A DNA stretch of 64,000 nucleotides, taken from contig CAVPEL010000010.1 in assembly GCA_963703505.1 (NCBI GenBank), positions 206,214 through 270,213 of the forward strand, read 5' to 3'. The translations under genes were made by a program, and so were the position numbers. Below, in pieces: positions 9,459 to 19,045 of this stretch. This DNA is from an uncultured Actinomycetota bacterium. GTDB taxonomy: Bacteria; Actinomycetota; Actinomycetes; CAVPEL01. Every line of letters begins with the position of its first letter. Positions within the stretch are counted from its first letter, which is position 1. Below the pieces are notes generated by a model. The model was not told where the DNA came from. It was given only the letters and a program-made list of their open reading frames with translations, and searched no databases.

Positions 9459-10070
9459 GTGAGTCCACCCGGCTCGCTGGCAACGCCGACCGAGAAGCCA
9501 GATCCCTCGTGGACATCGATGCTGCTCCTGGCCCTCGTTGCCTTGCTCGCCGGCATCGTGGTGGTCGCCTGGCCGTCTGGCACCGTCAAGGTTGTCGCCG
9601 TGATCGTCGGGATCCAGCTCATCGTCCTGGGTGTGCTTCGACTCTCCACGGTCTTGCGCGCGGAGGAACGGACCGGCAGGTGGAGGTGGGTCCACGCACT
9701 GGTTGCCGGACTGGCGATCGTCGCCGGCATCCTGGTCCTCTTTCACCCGTTCCAGACCGTCAGCCTGCTCGCGTTCATCGTGGGCGCGTTCTGGATCGCC
9801 AACGGCGTGACCGAGACCTTCGCCGCCGTCACCCATCGCGGCTTGCCGCACCGAGGAATCGTGATCGGTTTCGGCGTCATGACGCTGATCGCGGGAATCG
9901 TGGTGGTGACCCACCCAGGGGGCACCATTCTGGCACTGTCGCTGCTGATCGGAATCTGGCTCATGCTCTTCGGCCTCTTCGGAGTCTTCCGCGCCATCGA
10001 CATGCGCTCGGAGAGCCGCCACCGTGGACAGCCCCAAGCGGGAGTTACTAGCGCCTACCTGGCGCCATGA
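9459..10070 (+). CDS. HdeD-family (DUF308) acid-resistance-like membrane protein
   Basis: 203 aa with repeated hydrophobic helices typical of DUF308 (LLLALVALLAGIVVVAWP..VIVGIQLIVLGVLRL..AFWIANGV). Confidence 0.7.
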   Translation: MSPPGSLATPTEKPDPSWTSMLLLALVALLAGIVVVAWPSGTVKVVAVIVGIQLIVLGVLRLSTVLRAEERTGRWRWVHALVAGLAIVAGILVLFHPFQTVSLLAFIVGAFWIANGVTETFAAVTHRGLPHRGIVIGFGVMTLIAGIVVVTHPGGTILALSLLIGIWLMLFGLFGVFRAIDMRSESRHRGQPQAGVTSAYLAP

Positions 10071-10579
10071 CCGTTCGCCTACCCCGCTGGTGTCTGGCGA
10101 TCGGTCTTGGCGTTGTTGTCGCCTTGGGTGCGGCCGGCTGCTCCTCGGGAACGTCGGCGACGTCGCCTGCGACACCATCCGCTTCCGCTTCAAGCACGCC
10201 GTCCGCGTCGACCACCTCAACAACGTCCGTGTGCGCCGAAGCGGATGCCCTGCGCAGCTCCTTGAAGCAGCTGACTCAGGTGAACGTCGTCACCCAAGGC
10301 ACCGATCGGTTCAAGGCCGCTGTCCAGGACGTCGAGACCCACCTGACCGCGCTCGTCACCGACGCCCAGGGCCAATGGAAACCGCAGACGGACGCCTTGA
10401 CGAGCTCGGTCGACAAGCTGCGCAGCACCGTGTCCGGCTTGGGTAGCCAGCCGAACCCTGCCAGCGCGGCGACCGCCGTCGTCGGTGCGCTGACTTCCGT
10501 CGAATCGGCAGCGAGCAACCTTTTCGGCGCCGTTGTCACGACCTGCGGATCGTCGTCCCCGTCGCCTACGAGCTCGTAG
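10067..10579 (+). CDS. Putative lipoprotein
   Basis: Has a signal peptide and lipobox (LGVVVALGAAGCSSG), then a Ser/Thr/Ala-rich linker. Its ATG overlaps the upstream stop (ATGA). Confidence 0.65.
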   Translation: MTVRLPRWCLAIGLGVVVALGAAGCSSGTSATSPATPSASASSTPSASTTSTTSVCAEADALRSSLKQLTQVNVVTQGTDRFKAAVQDVETHLTALVTDAQGQWKPQTDALTSSVDKLRSTVSGLGSQPNPASAATAVVGALTSVESAASNLFGAVVTTCGSSSPSPTSS

Positions 10580-10606
10580 CTCGAGGCTCGAAACTCCTCG
10601 GCGACC

Positions 10607-10918
10607 TCAGGCTTCCTCGAGTGCTTCGCCGAAGTCGCGCAACATCTTGTAGTGCCGGTTGCCCGCCAAGAGGTGGCCCGCGCACAGCAATGTCGCGATG
10701 GGCCAGTCCAGCACCCCGACGACGGCGAGAAGGCCGACTCCGCCGACGAAGGCGAGTTCCTGGGTGGACGGGAGTTCGACCACGCCGACCAGCGGCAGGG
10801 TCAATTGCACCGTATTGCGGGCTGTGGCGGCCTGCGCCGCCCGTCGCCCGCTTCCAGGACTCCCAGGCCCCGCGTTCGGACGCTCTTGCGGTGCCGATGA
10901 CTGCGGCTGCGCGGACAT
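10607..10918 (-). CDS. Hypothetical small membrane protein (paralog of the gene at 11047-11319)
   Basis: Starts MSAQPQSS. The C-terminal half ELAFVGGVGLLAVVGVLDWPIATLLCAGHLLA aligns with the divergent neighbour. Confidence 0.45.
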   Translation of the reverse strand: MSAQPQSSAPQERPNAGPGSPGSGRRAAQAATARNTVQLTLPLVGVVELPSTQELAFVGGVGLLAVVGVLDWPIATLLCAGHLLAGNRHYKMLRDFGEALEEA

Positions 10919-11046
10919 GGCCGCTCCTTTGCTTGCCACACCTGCTCCGACAGCCCGGAGAGGGTACAGCCGACACCGCCGGGGTAGGTCACGACTGTCC
11001 CGCCGCACCGCCGACGGACACCTGAACTCATTCCCAAGGAGGGGCC

Positions 11047-11319
11047 ATGCCCACACCCAAAGACGACGCCAGCGAAAAATCGAAGTCGACGAGCACCAGT
11101 GCCAAGGTCGTTGGCGGCATGTCGTCGATCAACGCAGCGCTGCCGATGGCGAACCAGATGGTCGACACCAAGCGGCTGGTGTGGCTGGGCGGACTGGTCG
11201 TCGTGGGCGCACTGGGTGTGATCGAGTGGCCCGTCGTCGCCGCTGTCGGTGTCGGCAGCTACGTCGCCGAGCAGCTCGCCAAGGACGCCATGCAGAGCCA
11301 GAAAATGGCGTCGCGCTAG
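11047..11319 (+). CDS. Hypothetical small membrane protein (paralog of the gene at 10607-10918)
   Basis: RBS AAGGAGG precedes the ATG. The segment RLVWLGGLVVVGALGVIEWPVVAAVGVGSYVA aligns with the divergent neighbour. Confidence 0.5.
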   Translation: MPTPKDDASEKSKSTSTSAKVVGGMSSINAALPMANQMVDTKRLVWLGGLVVVGALGVIEWPVVAAVGVGSYVAEQLAKDAMQSQKMASR

Positions 11320-11975
11320 CGGACGAACAGGTGCCAGCCGAGCCACCACCACAGCACCACGATCAGCCACCGCCCAGCGGCGGACTCAGTGAGGAGCCCG
11401 AACAGTTTGCCCACGTGCGGTACCCGCTGCGGCCAACGCACACCCGCCACATGGAGCAGCGCCCCGGCCGCCAGAAGCAGCGCGTAGCCAGCCAACGTCA
11501 CCTCGCGCGCGGTCACCGGCGAATCACCGCCCGGCCGAGGCCCAGCCATCGCCACCACGCCGACAGCTTTGACGACCTGGCGATCGAACAGCCCGTTCGT
11601 GATCGAGCTCAGGGTGGGGTGGAACTGGCGTGGTCCCTGGAACAGCGCCGCGAGCTCCCAGGCCACCGCGACGACGATGAGCACGACCCACAGCACGTCG
11701 CCGAGGGTCGGAACCCAGGGTCTGCCATGCCGAACGGCACGGCGATGCAGCCGGGCCTCCCCACGCCGTGGTTCCTCGCCCCGCTCCCGGGCTGCCTGAC
11801 GCCGCCGTGCGTCTGCATCGAGCCGCACGGCGACAGCGATCAGGCCGGGCAGAACCAGCAGGATCTCGGCGGGCACCGTAAAGGGGCGCGTGGCAGAGAC
11901 CGCCCATGCGTAGCCGACAACCATCACTGCCAAGCCGGCGCTGCCGACTCCACGTCCCACCCTGGACATGTTCAT
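11316..11975 (-). CDS. Hypothetical integral membrane protein
   Basis: 219 aa with several transmembrane helices and a Trp-rich C-terminus (RWLIVVLWWWLGWHLFVR). Its stop overlaps the convergent gene's stop in the tetranucleotide CTAG. Confidence 0.55.
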   Translation of the reverse strand: MNMSRVGRGVGSAGLAVMVVGYAWAVSATRPFTVPAEILLVLPGLIAVAVRLDADARRRQAARERGEEPRRGEARLHRRAVRHGRPWVPTLGDVLWVVLIVVAVAWELAALFQGPRQFHPTLSSITNGLFDRQVVKAVGVVAMAGPRPGGDSPVTAREVTLAGYALLLAAGALLHVAGVRWPQRVPHVGKLFGLLTESAAGRWLIVVLWWWLGWHLFVR

Positions 11976-12103
11976 GATCGCCCGCTGTCACACGTCATTG
12001 CGAACCTACGCCGCGCGGCACCCGGCCCGGGCCGCGACCCCAGCAGCGTGTCTGATCAACTCGCCGTCGATGCGAGGAGCCGAACCTGGCAGGATGCTCC
12101 TTC

Positions 12104-13000
12104 GTGGATACCCGCCAGGAGCAAGCGCCGCCGACGTCGACGCCCGTGACATACGAGGCTCTACAGGCACGCCGGCGTCCCCACCTCGGCCCGGTGGCAC
12201 CGGCACGGCTACGGCGAGTCAAGCCGCCCCGGCTGTGGCAGGAGCTGGTGCTCATCCTGGCCGGCTACTACGTGTACGGGCTGGTGCGCAATGGCGTGCC
12301 CGACCAGGAGGGACAAGCCCTGCGACGCGCCCAGGACATCCTGTCCCTCGAGCGCAGCTGGCACATCGACATCGAGCTGACGATCAACAAGGCGGTCGCC
12401 TCGATCGACTGGCTCGCGTACGTCATGAACTACTACTACGCCACGCTGCACTTCATCGTCACGATCGCGGTGCTGGTCTGGCTCTATCGCTCCCACCCGC
12501 TGCGCTATCGCCCGGCCCGCACCGTCCTCATCAGCGCGAGCACCGTCGGGCTGCTGGGCTTCTGGTTCTACGCGCTCGCACCGCCGCGGATGCTGACCAG
12601 CGACGGATTCATCGACACCGTGGTGGCGTTCCACACGTGGGGGTCCTGGGGGACCAGCGGGGTCGCCTCGCACTCCAACCAGTTCGCGGCCATGCCGTCC
12701 CTGCACATCGCCTGGTCCCTGTGGTGCGGCATCACGATCGCCGTGCTGGCCCGGCGGCACTGGCTCAAGGCCCTGGGGATCGTGTACCCGCTTGCCACGC
12801 TCTTCGTCATCATGGCCACCGCCAACCATTTCGTGCTCGACGCGGTGGGTGGCGTCGTCGTCCTGCTCGCCGGGTACGCGTTCCAGCACCTGCTGTCTGG
12901 CCGAGGCGCCTACCTGGACCCGACGACCGTGCCCGGCCTCGTCGCAACGCCACGAACGCAACCGGGGCGCGGACGTCACGCCCGACCGACGTCTCGCTGA
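12104..13000 (+). CDS. PAP2-superfamily (inositol-phosphorylceramide-synthase-like) membrane phosphatase
   Basis: 298 aa and polytopic. Carries the PAP2_3-type motif AAMPSLHIAWSLWCG and ...ANHFVLDAVGG. The start is uncertain. Confidence 0.7.
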   Translation: MDTRQEQAPPTSTPVTYEALQARRRPHLGPVAPARLRRVKPPRLWQELVLILAGYYVYGLVRNGVPDQEGQALRRAQDILSLERSWHIDIELTINKAVASIDWLAYVMNYYYATLHFIVTIAVLVWLYRSHPLRYRPARTVLISASTVGLLGFWFYALAPPRMLTSDGFIDTVVAFHTWGSWGTSGVASHSNQFAAMPSLHIAWSLWCGITIAVLARRHWLKALGIVYPLATLFVIMATANHFVLDAVGGVVVLLAGYAFQHLLSGRGAYLDPTTVPGLVATPRTQPGRGRHARPTSR

Positions 13001-13020
13001 GCCCGTTCGGTTCGCAGGGC

Positions 13021-14313
13021 TCAGCCTGCCGCCTCGGGTTCCAGCCCACCCAGGGCAGGCGTCGACGGTTCGCGAGTCCAGGCGGCACGGATGGCCGCTC
13101 GCGGCCACCTGACCCACAGCGCCAGCACCGTCACGATGCCGACGATCCCCGCCAGCGCCACCGCGTGGGCGGCGCCCTGCCAGTACCCGATCGCACCCCA
13201 CAGCGCGAGGCCGACCGCTTGGGCGAGCGAGACGCATGCCGCCGCGAGCCCGTTCGCTCGACCGCGGGCGGACGCGTCGGTCACCAGGTTGAAGGCCGCG
13301 ATCGTCGGGATCATGAAGGCCTGGAACATCCCGGTGATCGTCCAGAGCACGAACGCCAGCCACAGCGGCGGGGAGAACCAGGTCGCGGCCAACGGGACCA
13401 TGCAGGCGGCGACGAGGGGCAACAACAGCTCGGCCTGGGTACGCGGTTTGACGAAGCGGGCCAGCGCCCAGGCCCCCGCCACCATGCCGAGCGGGCCGGC
13501 CGCGGTCAGCAGTCCAGCGGCGCGCGCCCCGCCTTGCTTCTCGGCGGCATAGGCGATGGCCAGACCCTCGGGGGCGATGACGAACAGCAGGCCGCCGGAC
13601 ACGAGCAGCACCAGCGCCCGGCGCGCCGGATCGCGAAAGACGAGCCGCATCCCTTCGACCATGTCCGCCGCCATGCTCGGCAGCGTGATCCGCGACGACG
13701 CGGCAACCGCCGGCCGGCGCACGACGAACAGCCACACGTACACGAACGACGCGCCGAACGTGACGGTGTCGATGAGGAGTGCACCGCGAGGGGAGACCAA
13801 CGCGATGATCAGGCCGCCGACGGCGAACCCGACGACCTGGTCGAACTGGTGCAGCACGCGGCTGAACGAGAGTGCTGCCACGTAGTCGTCGTTGTCGGCG
13901 AACACCTCGGGCAGCAACGACTGGCGCGCGGACTGGAAGGGCGGGGCGAGGAAGGCCGAGCTCAGCACGAGGACGAACAGGGTCCACAGCGGCACTGACG
14001 CATTGGCGGTGAGCAGCACCATGGCCGCCACAGCGATGCCGCGACCCGCGTCGCACACCATCATCAGCCCCTTGCGGGGCAACCGGTCGGCCAACGAACC
14101 GAGGAACGCTCCGCCCAGGATCTGCGGGATGTAGCTGACCGCGTAGGTCAACGCGGCGTAGAAGGCGCTGTTCGACCGGTGGAATACGAGGAACGACAAG
14201 GCGATCGCAGCGATCTGGTCGCCGAACTCGCTGGTCAGCTGGGCGAAGATCAGCCCTCGGTACTCGCGGTTGCGCAGAGCGTTGAGGTATCCAGCTCCGC
14301 CGGCCCGGCTCAC
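13021..14313 (-). CDS. MFS transporter
   Basis: GTG start forms a GTGA overlap with the upstream hydrolase stop. Sequence (YRGLIFAQLTSEFGDQIAAIALSFLVF...GSLADRLPRKG...) shows the 12-TM MFS pattern. In the ORF track it appears fused into a 739-aa ORF only because of the upstream frameshift. Confidence 0.75.
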   Translation of the reverse strand: MSRAGGAGYLNALRNREYRGLIFAQLTSEFGDQIAAIALSFLVFHRSNSAFYAALTYAVSYIPQILGGAFLGSLADRLPRKGLMMVCDAGRGIAVAAMVLLTANASVPLWTLFVLVLSSAFLAPPFQSARQSLLPEVFADNDDYVAALSFSRVLHQFDQVVGFAVGGLIIALVSPRGALLIDTVTFGASFVYVWLFVVRRPAVAASSRITLPSMAADMVEGMRLVFRDPARRALVLLVSGGLLFVIAPEGLAIAYAAEKQGGARAAGLLTAAGPLGMVAGAWALARFVKPRTQAELLLPLVAACMVPLAATWFSPPLWLAFVLWTITGMFQAFMIPTIAAFNLVTDASARGRANGLAAACVSLAQAVGLALWGAIGYWQGAAHAVALAGIVGIVTVLALWVRWPRAAIRAAWTREPSTPALGGLEPEAAG

Positions 14314-15240
14314 TGGTCGGTCTCTGGCGGCTGGGCTTTCGGCAGCGTTACCGGCTCGCGAAGGAACGCGGCGAGAGCGGGTACCACGACGTGGGGTGCT
14401 TCCTCCAGCACGAAGTGCCCCGCCCCGGGGACCTCTAGCAGCGCGGCACGGTCGCCCAGGTGGGCCCGGACACCCTCGGCGCCAGCCACCGGCGCGAGCG
14501 GGTCGAGCGTCCCCCACACCACCAGTGCCCGTTCGAGGGCCAGCGGCGGCGGTGCCGCTCCGGCGAGGCTGGGGCACACCGCCTGCCGGTAAGTACGCCA
14601 GCATCGCGTCGATGCGGCGGGGGTGGGAGTAGGCAGCGACATAGTGCCGCAGGTGCGCCTCGTCCATCAGGGTGGTCGACCGCCAACCCAGGCGGAAGGT
14701 GGCGCGCAGCAGTGGCTCGGTAGCGACGGCGAAGATGAGCTCAGGAAGCAGGGGCAGCGCCAGCCAGGGCAGTTCCCACACGCTGCCCAGCGCACGGTGG
14801 CCATCCCGGTTGCCGCGACCACCCGGCATCCCCGCGGCGACTGGCGAGGAGATCACGACGAGTCGACGAACCAGGTCGGGGCGGCGGGCGGCGAGCGCAC
14901 GCCCCAGTAGCCCGCCCACACCGTGGCCGACGACGTCGACCGGCCCGTCCACCTCGTGCAGCACGAGAGCAGCCAGCTCGCCGGCCAACGTCTCGAGGTC
15001 GTAGCTCCCGCGGTGCTCGCTGGTGCCGAGTCCCTTGAGGTCCGGCGCGATCACGATCCGGTCGCCGGCAAGCTCGGGGATCAGGTCACGCCAGATCGCT
15101 GCCGTCTGCGGGATTCCGTGGAGAAGCAGAACCGGGGTGGTTCGCCGCTTACGCGGCGGATCGGCACGATGCAGGGTAAAGCGGACACCGTCGAGAGCAA
15201 CCTGGCGCAGTCGGGCTCCGGGGAGCAGGCCAGCGCTCAT
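14310..15240 (-). pseudogene. Alpha/beta-fold hydrolase, one frameshift near 14590-14596
   Basis: The N-terminal part (VLLLHGIPQTAAIWRDLIPEL...VVGHGVGG) is in one frame. The C-terminal part (YRQAV...ALVVWGTLDPLAP...VPGAGHFVLEEAP) is in the frame of ORF 14310-14642. Confidence 0.75.
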
Positions 15241-18122
15241 GCGTAGAACACCCTCTCGGCGACCGCCCGGGCTCGGCGGGTGACCCGCCGGTACTCCTCG
15301 AGGAAGTCACCGGACTGTGTCGGAGAGTAGCCCACGATGCGCGCCACGCCTACCAGTTCCCGCCCAACCGTAGGCACGCTGTCCCCCGCGCGCCCTTGAG
15401 TGAGTACCACCGCATTGCGGACCCGGGTCGCGAGTTTCCAGGCCGTCGCGAGCGTGGCGGCATCCTCCACGCCGAGCAGACCAGCCTCGGCGGCGGCGCC
15501 GAGCGCGGTCAGTGTCGAGGTGGTCCGCAAGGTGGGGACAGCGTGGGCGTGGCACAGCTGCAGCAGCTGCACCGTCCACTCGACGTCGGCCAGGCCTCCA
15601 CGTCCGAGCTTGGTGTGCAGGGCCGGGTCTGCCCCGCGTGGGAGCCGCTCCGCCTCGACACGGGCCTTGATCCGCCGGATCTCCCGTACCTGGTGCTCGG
15701 TCAGGCCCCCGTCCGGCCAGCGCAGCTCCGCTACCGCCGCGCAGAATCGTTGCGCCAAGTCCATGGACCCGGCGAGCGGCTCGGCTCGCAGCAGCGCCTG
15801 GCTCTCCCACACGTGGGACCAGCGCCCGTAGTAGGCGACGTAGGAGGCGAGGGTGCGGACCAGCGGGCCCTGACGTCCCTCAGGTCGCAGGTCGGCATCC
15901 ACCTCCAGCGGGGGGTCGGGTGCCGGGACGGCGAGGAGCCGGCGCAGCTCGCTGGCCACCGCGTGGGCAGCCTGCGCCGCCTCGCCCTCAGCGGCACCTT
16001 GGGCGACCTCATAGACGAAGAGCACATCCGCGTCACTGCCGTAGCCCTGTTCGCGACCCCCTAGGCGACCCATCGCGATGACCGCCAGCCGCATCGGCAG
16101 TGGGGAACCCCAGCCGGTCTCGATCTCCCGGCTGGCCGTCTCCAGCGCCCCGACGATCGTGGCGGCCGCCACGTCCGCCAACGCCTCACCGACTTGAGCG
16201 ACGTCGAGCAATCCCAGCACGTCGGCGCAGGCGATCCGGAGCAGCTCCCGCCGGCGCAAACCGCGTGCGGTGCGCACCGCCTCCTCCCAGTCCTCGTTGC
16301 GCTCCACGGCAGCCAGGACTTCCGTGGTCAGCGCCGCCCGGCTCCGCGGTCGCAGCTGTTCGTCGTCGGCGAGCATCGCCACGGCCTCGGGCGCCCGCAG
16401 CAACAGCTGGGAGACGTAACGGCTGGATGCCAGCAGCAGCGCCATCCGTTGCGCGGCGACACCCTCGTCGCGCAGCAACCTCAGGTACCACGGCGTGGTG
16501 CCGAGAGCCTCGGACACCTGGCGGAAGGCGAGCAGGCCGGCATCGGGATCGGCCGCATCCGCGAACCAGCCGAGCATCACCGGCAGCAGGGTTCGCTGGA
16601 TCGCGGCGCGCCTGCTCACTCCCGAGCTGAGCGCTTCCAGGTGCTGCAGCGCCCGCACCGGATCCGCGTAGCCCAGCGCCTCCAGCCGCTGCCGGGCAGC
16701 ATCCGGGGTGAGCCGCGCCTGGTCCCCCGGCAGCAGCGCCACGGAGGCGAGCAGCGGTCGGTAGAACAGCTTCTCGTGCAGTCGGCGCACGTCCCGGGCA
16801 TGGCGCGACCATGCGGCGTCCAGCTCGACGACCGGATCGGTGCGATACCCCATCCCGCGCCCGAGCCGGCGCAGCTCCCCCTCGTCGGTGGGCAGCGTGT
16901 GCGTGCGGCGGAGCCGGCGCAGCTGCAGGCGGTGCTCCAGTGTGCGCAGGAACCGGTACGCGTCGGCCATCACCTCCGCGTCGTCCCGGCCGATGTATCC
17001 GCCGGCTGCGAGGTCGGCTAGCGCGGTCAAGGTAGTGGGGCTGCGCAGCGCGTCGTCGGCCCGCCCGTGGACGAGCTGCAGCAGCTGGACGGCGAACTCC
17101 ACGTCGCGCAGACCCCCCGGCCCGAGCTTGAGCTCGCGCCGGGCGTCCGGCTCGGCGACGTGCGCCTCGACGCGGCGCCGCATCGCCTGCACATCGGTGA
17201 CGAAATGTTCGCGGCCCGCTGCGGACCAGACGAACGGCGCGAGCGCGTCGACGTACGCGCGCCCGAGCTCGGCGTCGCCGGCGGCCGGGCGCGCCTTGAG
17301 CAGGGCCTGGAACTCCCAGGTCTTGGCCCAGCGCTCGTAGTAGGCAACGTGGCTGGCGAGGGTGCGCACCAGCGGACCGGCCTTGCCTTCGGGACGCAGA
17401 GCGGCGTCCACCGGCCAGATCGGTGCGCAGGCACGGATGATCGCCGTCGCCATCCTGGTCGCGACGGCGATGTCCGCCTCGTCGGCGCAGACGAAGACGA
17501 CATCGACATCGCTCACGTAGTTGAGCTCACGGCCACCGCACTTGCCCATGGCGATGACCGCCAGCCGGGTCGACTCGCTCCCCGGCGTCTCGACGCGGGC
17601 GATGTCGAGCGCCGCCTGCAGCGTGGCCGCCGCGAGGTCGGCGAGGTCGCGCGCCACCGCCTCCAGCGATGCCACCCCGGTGACGTCACGGCCCGCGATG
17701 GCCAGCAGGTGGCGCAGGTAGGTGCGGCGAAGGTGGGCGTGGGCGGGCGGACCGGACATCCCGGTGACCGCCGAGCGGAGCTCCCCCTCGCTGGGGTCAT
17801 CGGCCTCGCTGGTGAGCACCCGCAGGTCCGAAGGGTGCTGCACCAGGTGCTCACCGAGAGCGGCGCTGGCCCCGAGCACGCCGGCCAACCGGGCGAGCAG
17901 CACGGGGTCGTCCAGCAGGTTCTCACCCAGGCCGGGCACCGCGGCGGTCAACTGAGCGAGCGTGGCCAGCGCGAGGTCGGGATCCGCGGCGCCGGCGAGG
18001 GCGTCGACGACATCGCCGGGCTGCCGAGCCGCGAGCGGGGCACCCACTTCGGGCTCAGCGAAGCCCAGCCGGGCCAGCCGGGCGCGCAGGCTCTGCGCTC
18101 GCTGGTCCTCGCCCACGGTCAC
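15237..18122 (-). CDS. glnE: Bifunctional glutamine synthetase adenylyltransferase / adenylyl-removing enzyme
   Basis: 961-aa intact ORF with two nucleotidyltransferase repeats (AVIAMGKCGGRELNYVSDVDVVFV and AVIAMGRLGGREQGYGSDADVLFV). Confidence 0.95.
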   Translation of the reverse strand: MTVGEDQRAQSLRARLARLGFAEPEVGAPLAARQPGDVVDALAGAADPDLALATLAQLTAAVPGLGENLLDDPVLLARLAGVLGASAALGEHLVQHPSDLRVLTSEADDPSEGELRSAVTGMSGPPAHAHLRRTYLRHLLAIAGRDVTGVASLEAVARDLADLAAATLQAALDIARVETPGSESTRLAVIAMGKCGGRELNYVSDVDVVFVCADEADIAVATRMATAIIRACAPIWPVDAALRPEGKAGPLVRTLASHVAYYERWAKTWEFQALLKARPAAGDAELGRAYVDALAPFVWSAAGREHFVTDVQAMRRRVEAHVAEPDARRELKLGPGGLRDVEFAVQLLQLVHGRADDALRSPTTLTALADLAAGGYIGRDDAEVMADAYRFLRTLEHRLQLRRLRRTHTLPTDEGELRRLGRGMGYRTDPVVELDAAWSRHARDVRRLHEKLFYRPLLASVALLPGDQARLTPDAARQRLEALGYADPVRALQHLEALSSGVSRRAAIQRTLLPVMLGWFADAADPDAGLLAFRQVSEALGTTPWYLRLLRDEGVAAQRMALLLASSRYVSQLLLRAPEAVAMLADDEQLRPRSRAALTTEVLAAVERNEDWEEAVRTARGLRRRELLRIACADVLGLLDVAQVGEALADVAAATIVGALETASREIETGWGSPLPMRLAVIAMGRLGGREQGYGSDADVLFVYEVAQGAAEGEAAQAAHAVASELRRLLAVPAPDPPLEVDADLRPEGRQGPLVRTLASYVAYYGRWSHVWESQALLRAEPLAGSMDLAQRFCAAVAELRWPDGGLTEHQVREIRRIKARVEAERLPRGADPALHTKLGRGGLADVEWTVQLLQLCHAHAVPTLRTTSTLTALGAAAEAGLLGVEDAATLATAWKLATRVRNAVVLTQGRAGDSVPTVGRELVGVARIVGYSPTQSGDFLEEYRRVTRRARAVAERVFYA

Positions 18123-18179
18123 AGCGCCACGATAGAGGCCGCACCCCTCGCCAAGGGGCGCGGCGCACGGTCACGCTCG

Positions 18180-18992
18180 CTAATGCCGTCGGCCGGCGTA
18201 CGGCAGGTCGGCGACGACGCGGGCCCCGTCACGATGGACATGCTCGGTCAGGTAGTCCGGATAGGTGCGCCACCCGTTGTCGTGCCCCGCAGCCAGGTTG
18301 TCGCCGTGACGCACCGCCCGCCAGCTGGCCCCAGGGAAGGTGAGCTCGACCAGGTGTGGGTGCCGCCCGGTCACATCGAGGTAGGCCTGGGCCGCTTCGC
18401 GGGCGGTGAGCACCCCCGGTCCCCCGATGTCCGGGGCCCTGCCCACCGGATCCGCGCCGACCATCGCGACGAGCCGCTCCGCCACGTCACGGACGTCGAC
18501 GGGCTGCACACGCGCGTGGGCCGGGAGCAGGCCGACCGGAAACCGGGTGAGCCGATCCGCCATCCGCGCGATCTTCGGATGAAACTGCGTGGAGCGCAGC
18601 ACCGACCACCCCATGCCCGAGTCCTGGATGAGGTGTTCGGCGTGCAGCTTGGACCGGTAGTACGGGAACGGGATCACGTCCACACCGACGATCGAGACGT
18701 AGATCAGGTGGCGGACTCCGGCCTGCCGTGCGGCCTCGACCAGAGCCGCGGTTCCCTCGACATCGACCCGCTTGTGGCGGACCGGGTTCGTCGCGGCGTG
18801 GACCACGACGTTCACCCCCGCCAGGGCCGTCGCGATGCCCTCGCCGGTCGTCAGGTCGCCCCGCCAGGTCCCGTCGGACCCCGCACTGCCCGTACGGCTC
18901 AGTACGTGTACGTCAGCCCCGCGGTGCCGGAGGTCGGAGACGAGCTCGCGGCCGAGCACCCCTGTGCCGCCGGTCACCAGACAGACCGTCAT
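18180..18992 (-). CDS. NAD(P)-binding SDR/NmrA-like protein
   Basis: Starts MTVCLVTGGTGVLGRELV (Rossmann GxxGxxG), 270 aa. The longer ORF in the track is upstream read-through. Confidence 0.75.
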   Translation of the reverse strand: MTVCLVTGGTGVLGRELVSDLRHRGADVHVLSRTGSAGSDGTWRGDLTTGEGIATALAGVNVVVHAATNPVRHKRVDVEGTAALVEAARQAGVRHLIYVSIVGVDVIPFPYYRSKLHAEHLIQDSGMGWSVLRSTQFHPKIARMADRLTRFPVGLLPAHARVQPVDVRDVAERLVAMVGADPVGRAPDIGGPGVLTAREAAQAYLDVTGRHPHLVELTFPGASWRAVRHGDNLAAGHDNGWRTYPDYLTEHVHRDGARVVADLPYAGRRH

Positions 18993-19045
18993 GGGTGGGG
19001 TGTGCCCCGCCGGAGCACCGCCGACGCGTCGGCACTCGCGCCTGC

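Noticed and set aside
13021-15240. 739-aa ORF that looks like an alpha/beta hydrolase-MFS transporter fusion
   Set aside because: The apparent fusion arises from a frameshift near 14590 that removes the hydrolase stop from the reading frame. The hydrolase C-terminus is found in ORF 14310-14642, and the MFS gene has its own GTG start in a GTGA overlap at 14310-14313.
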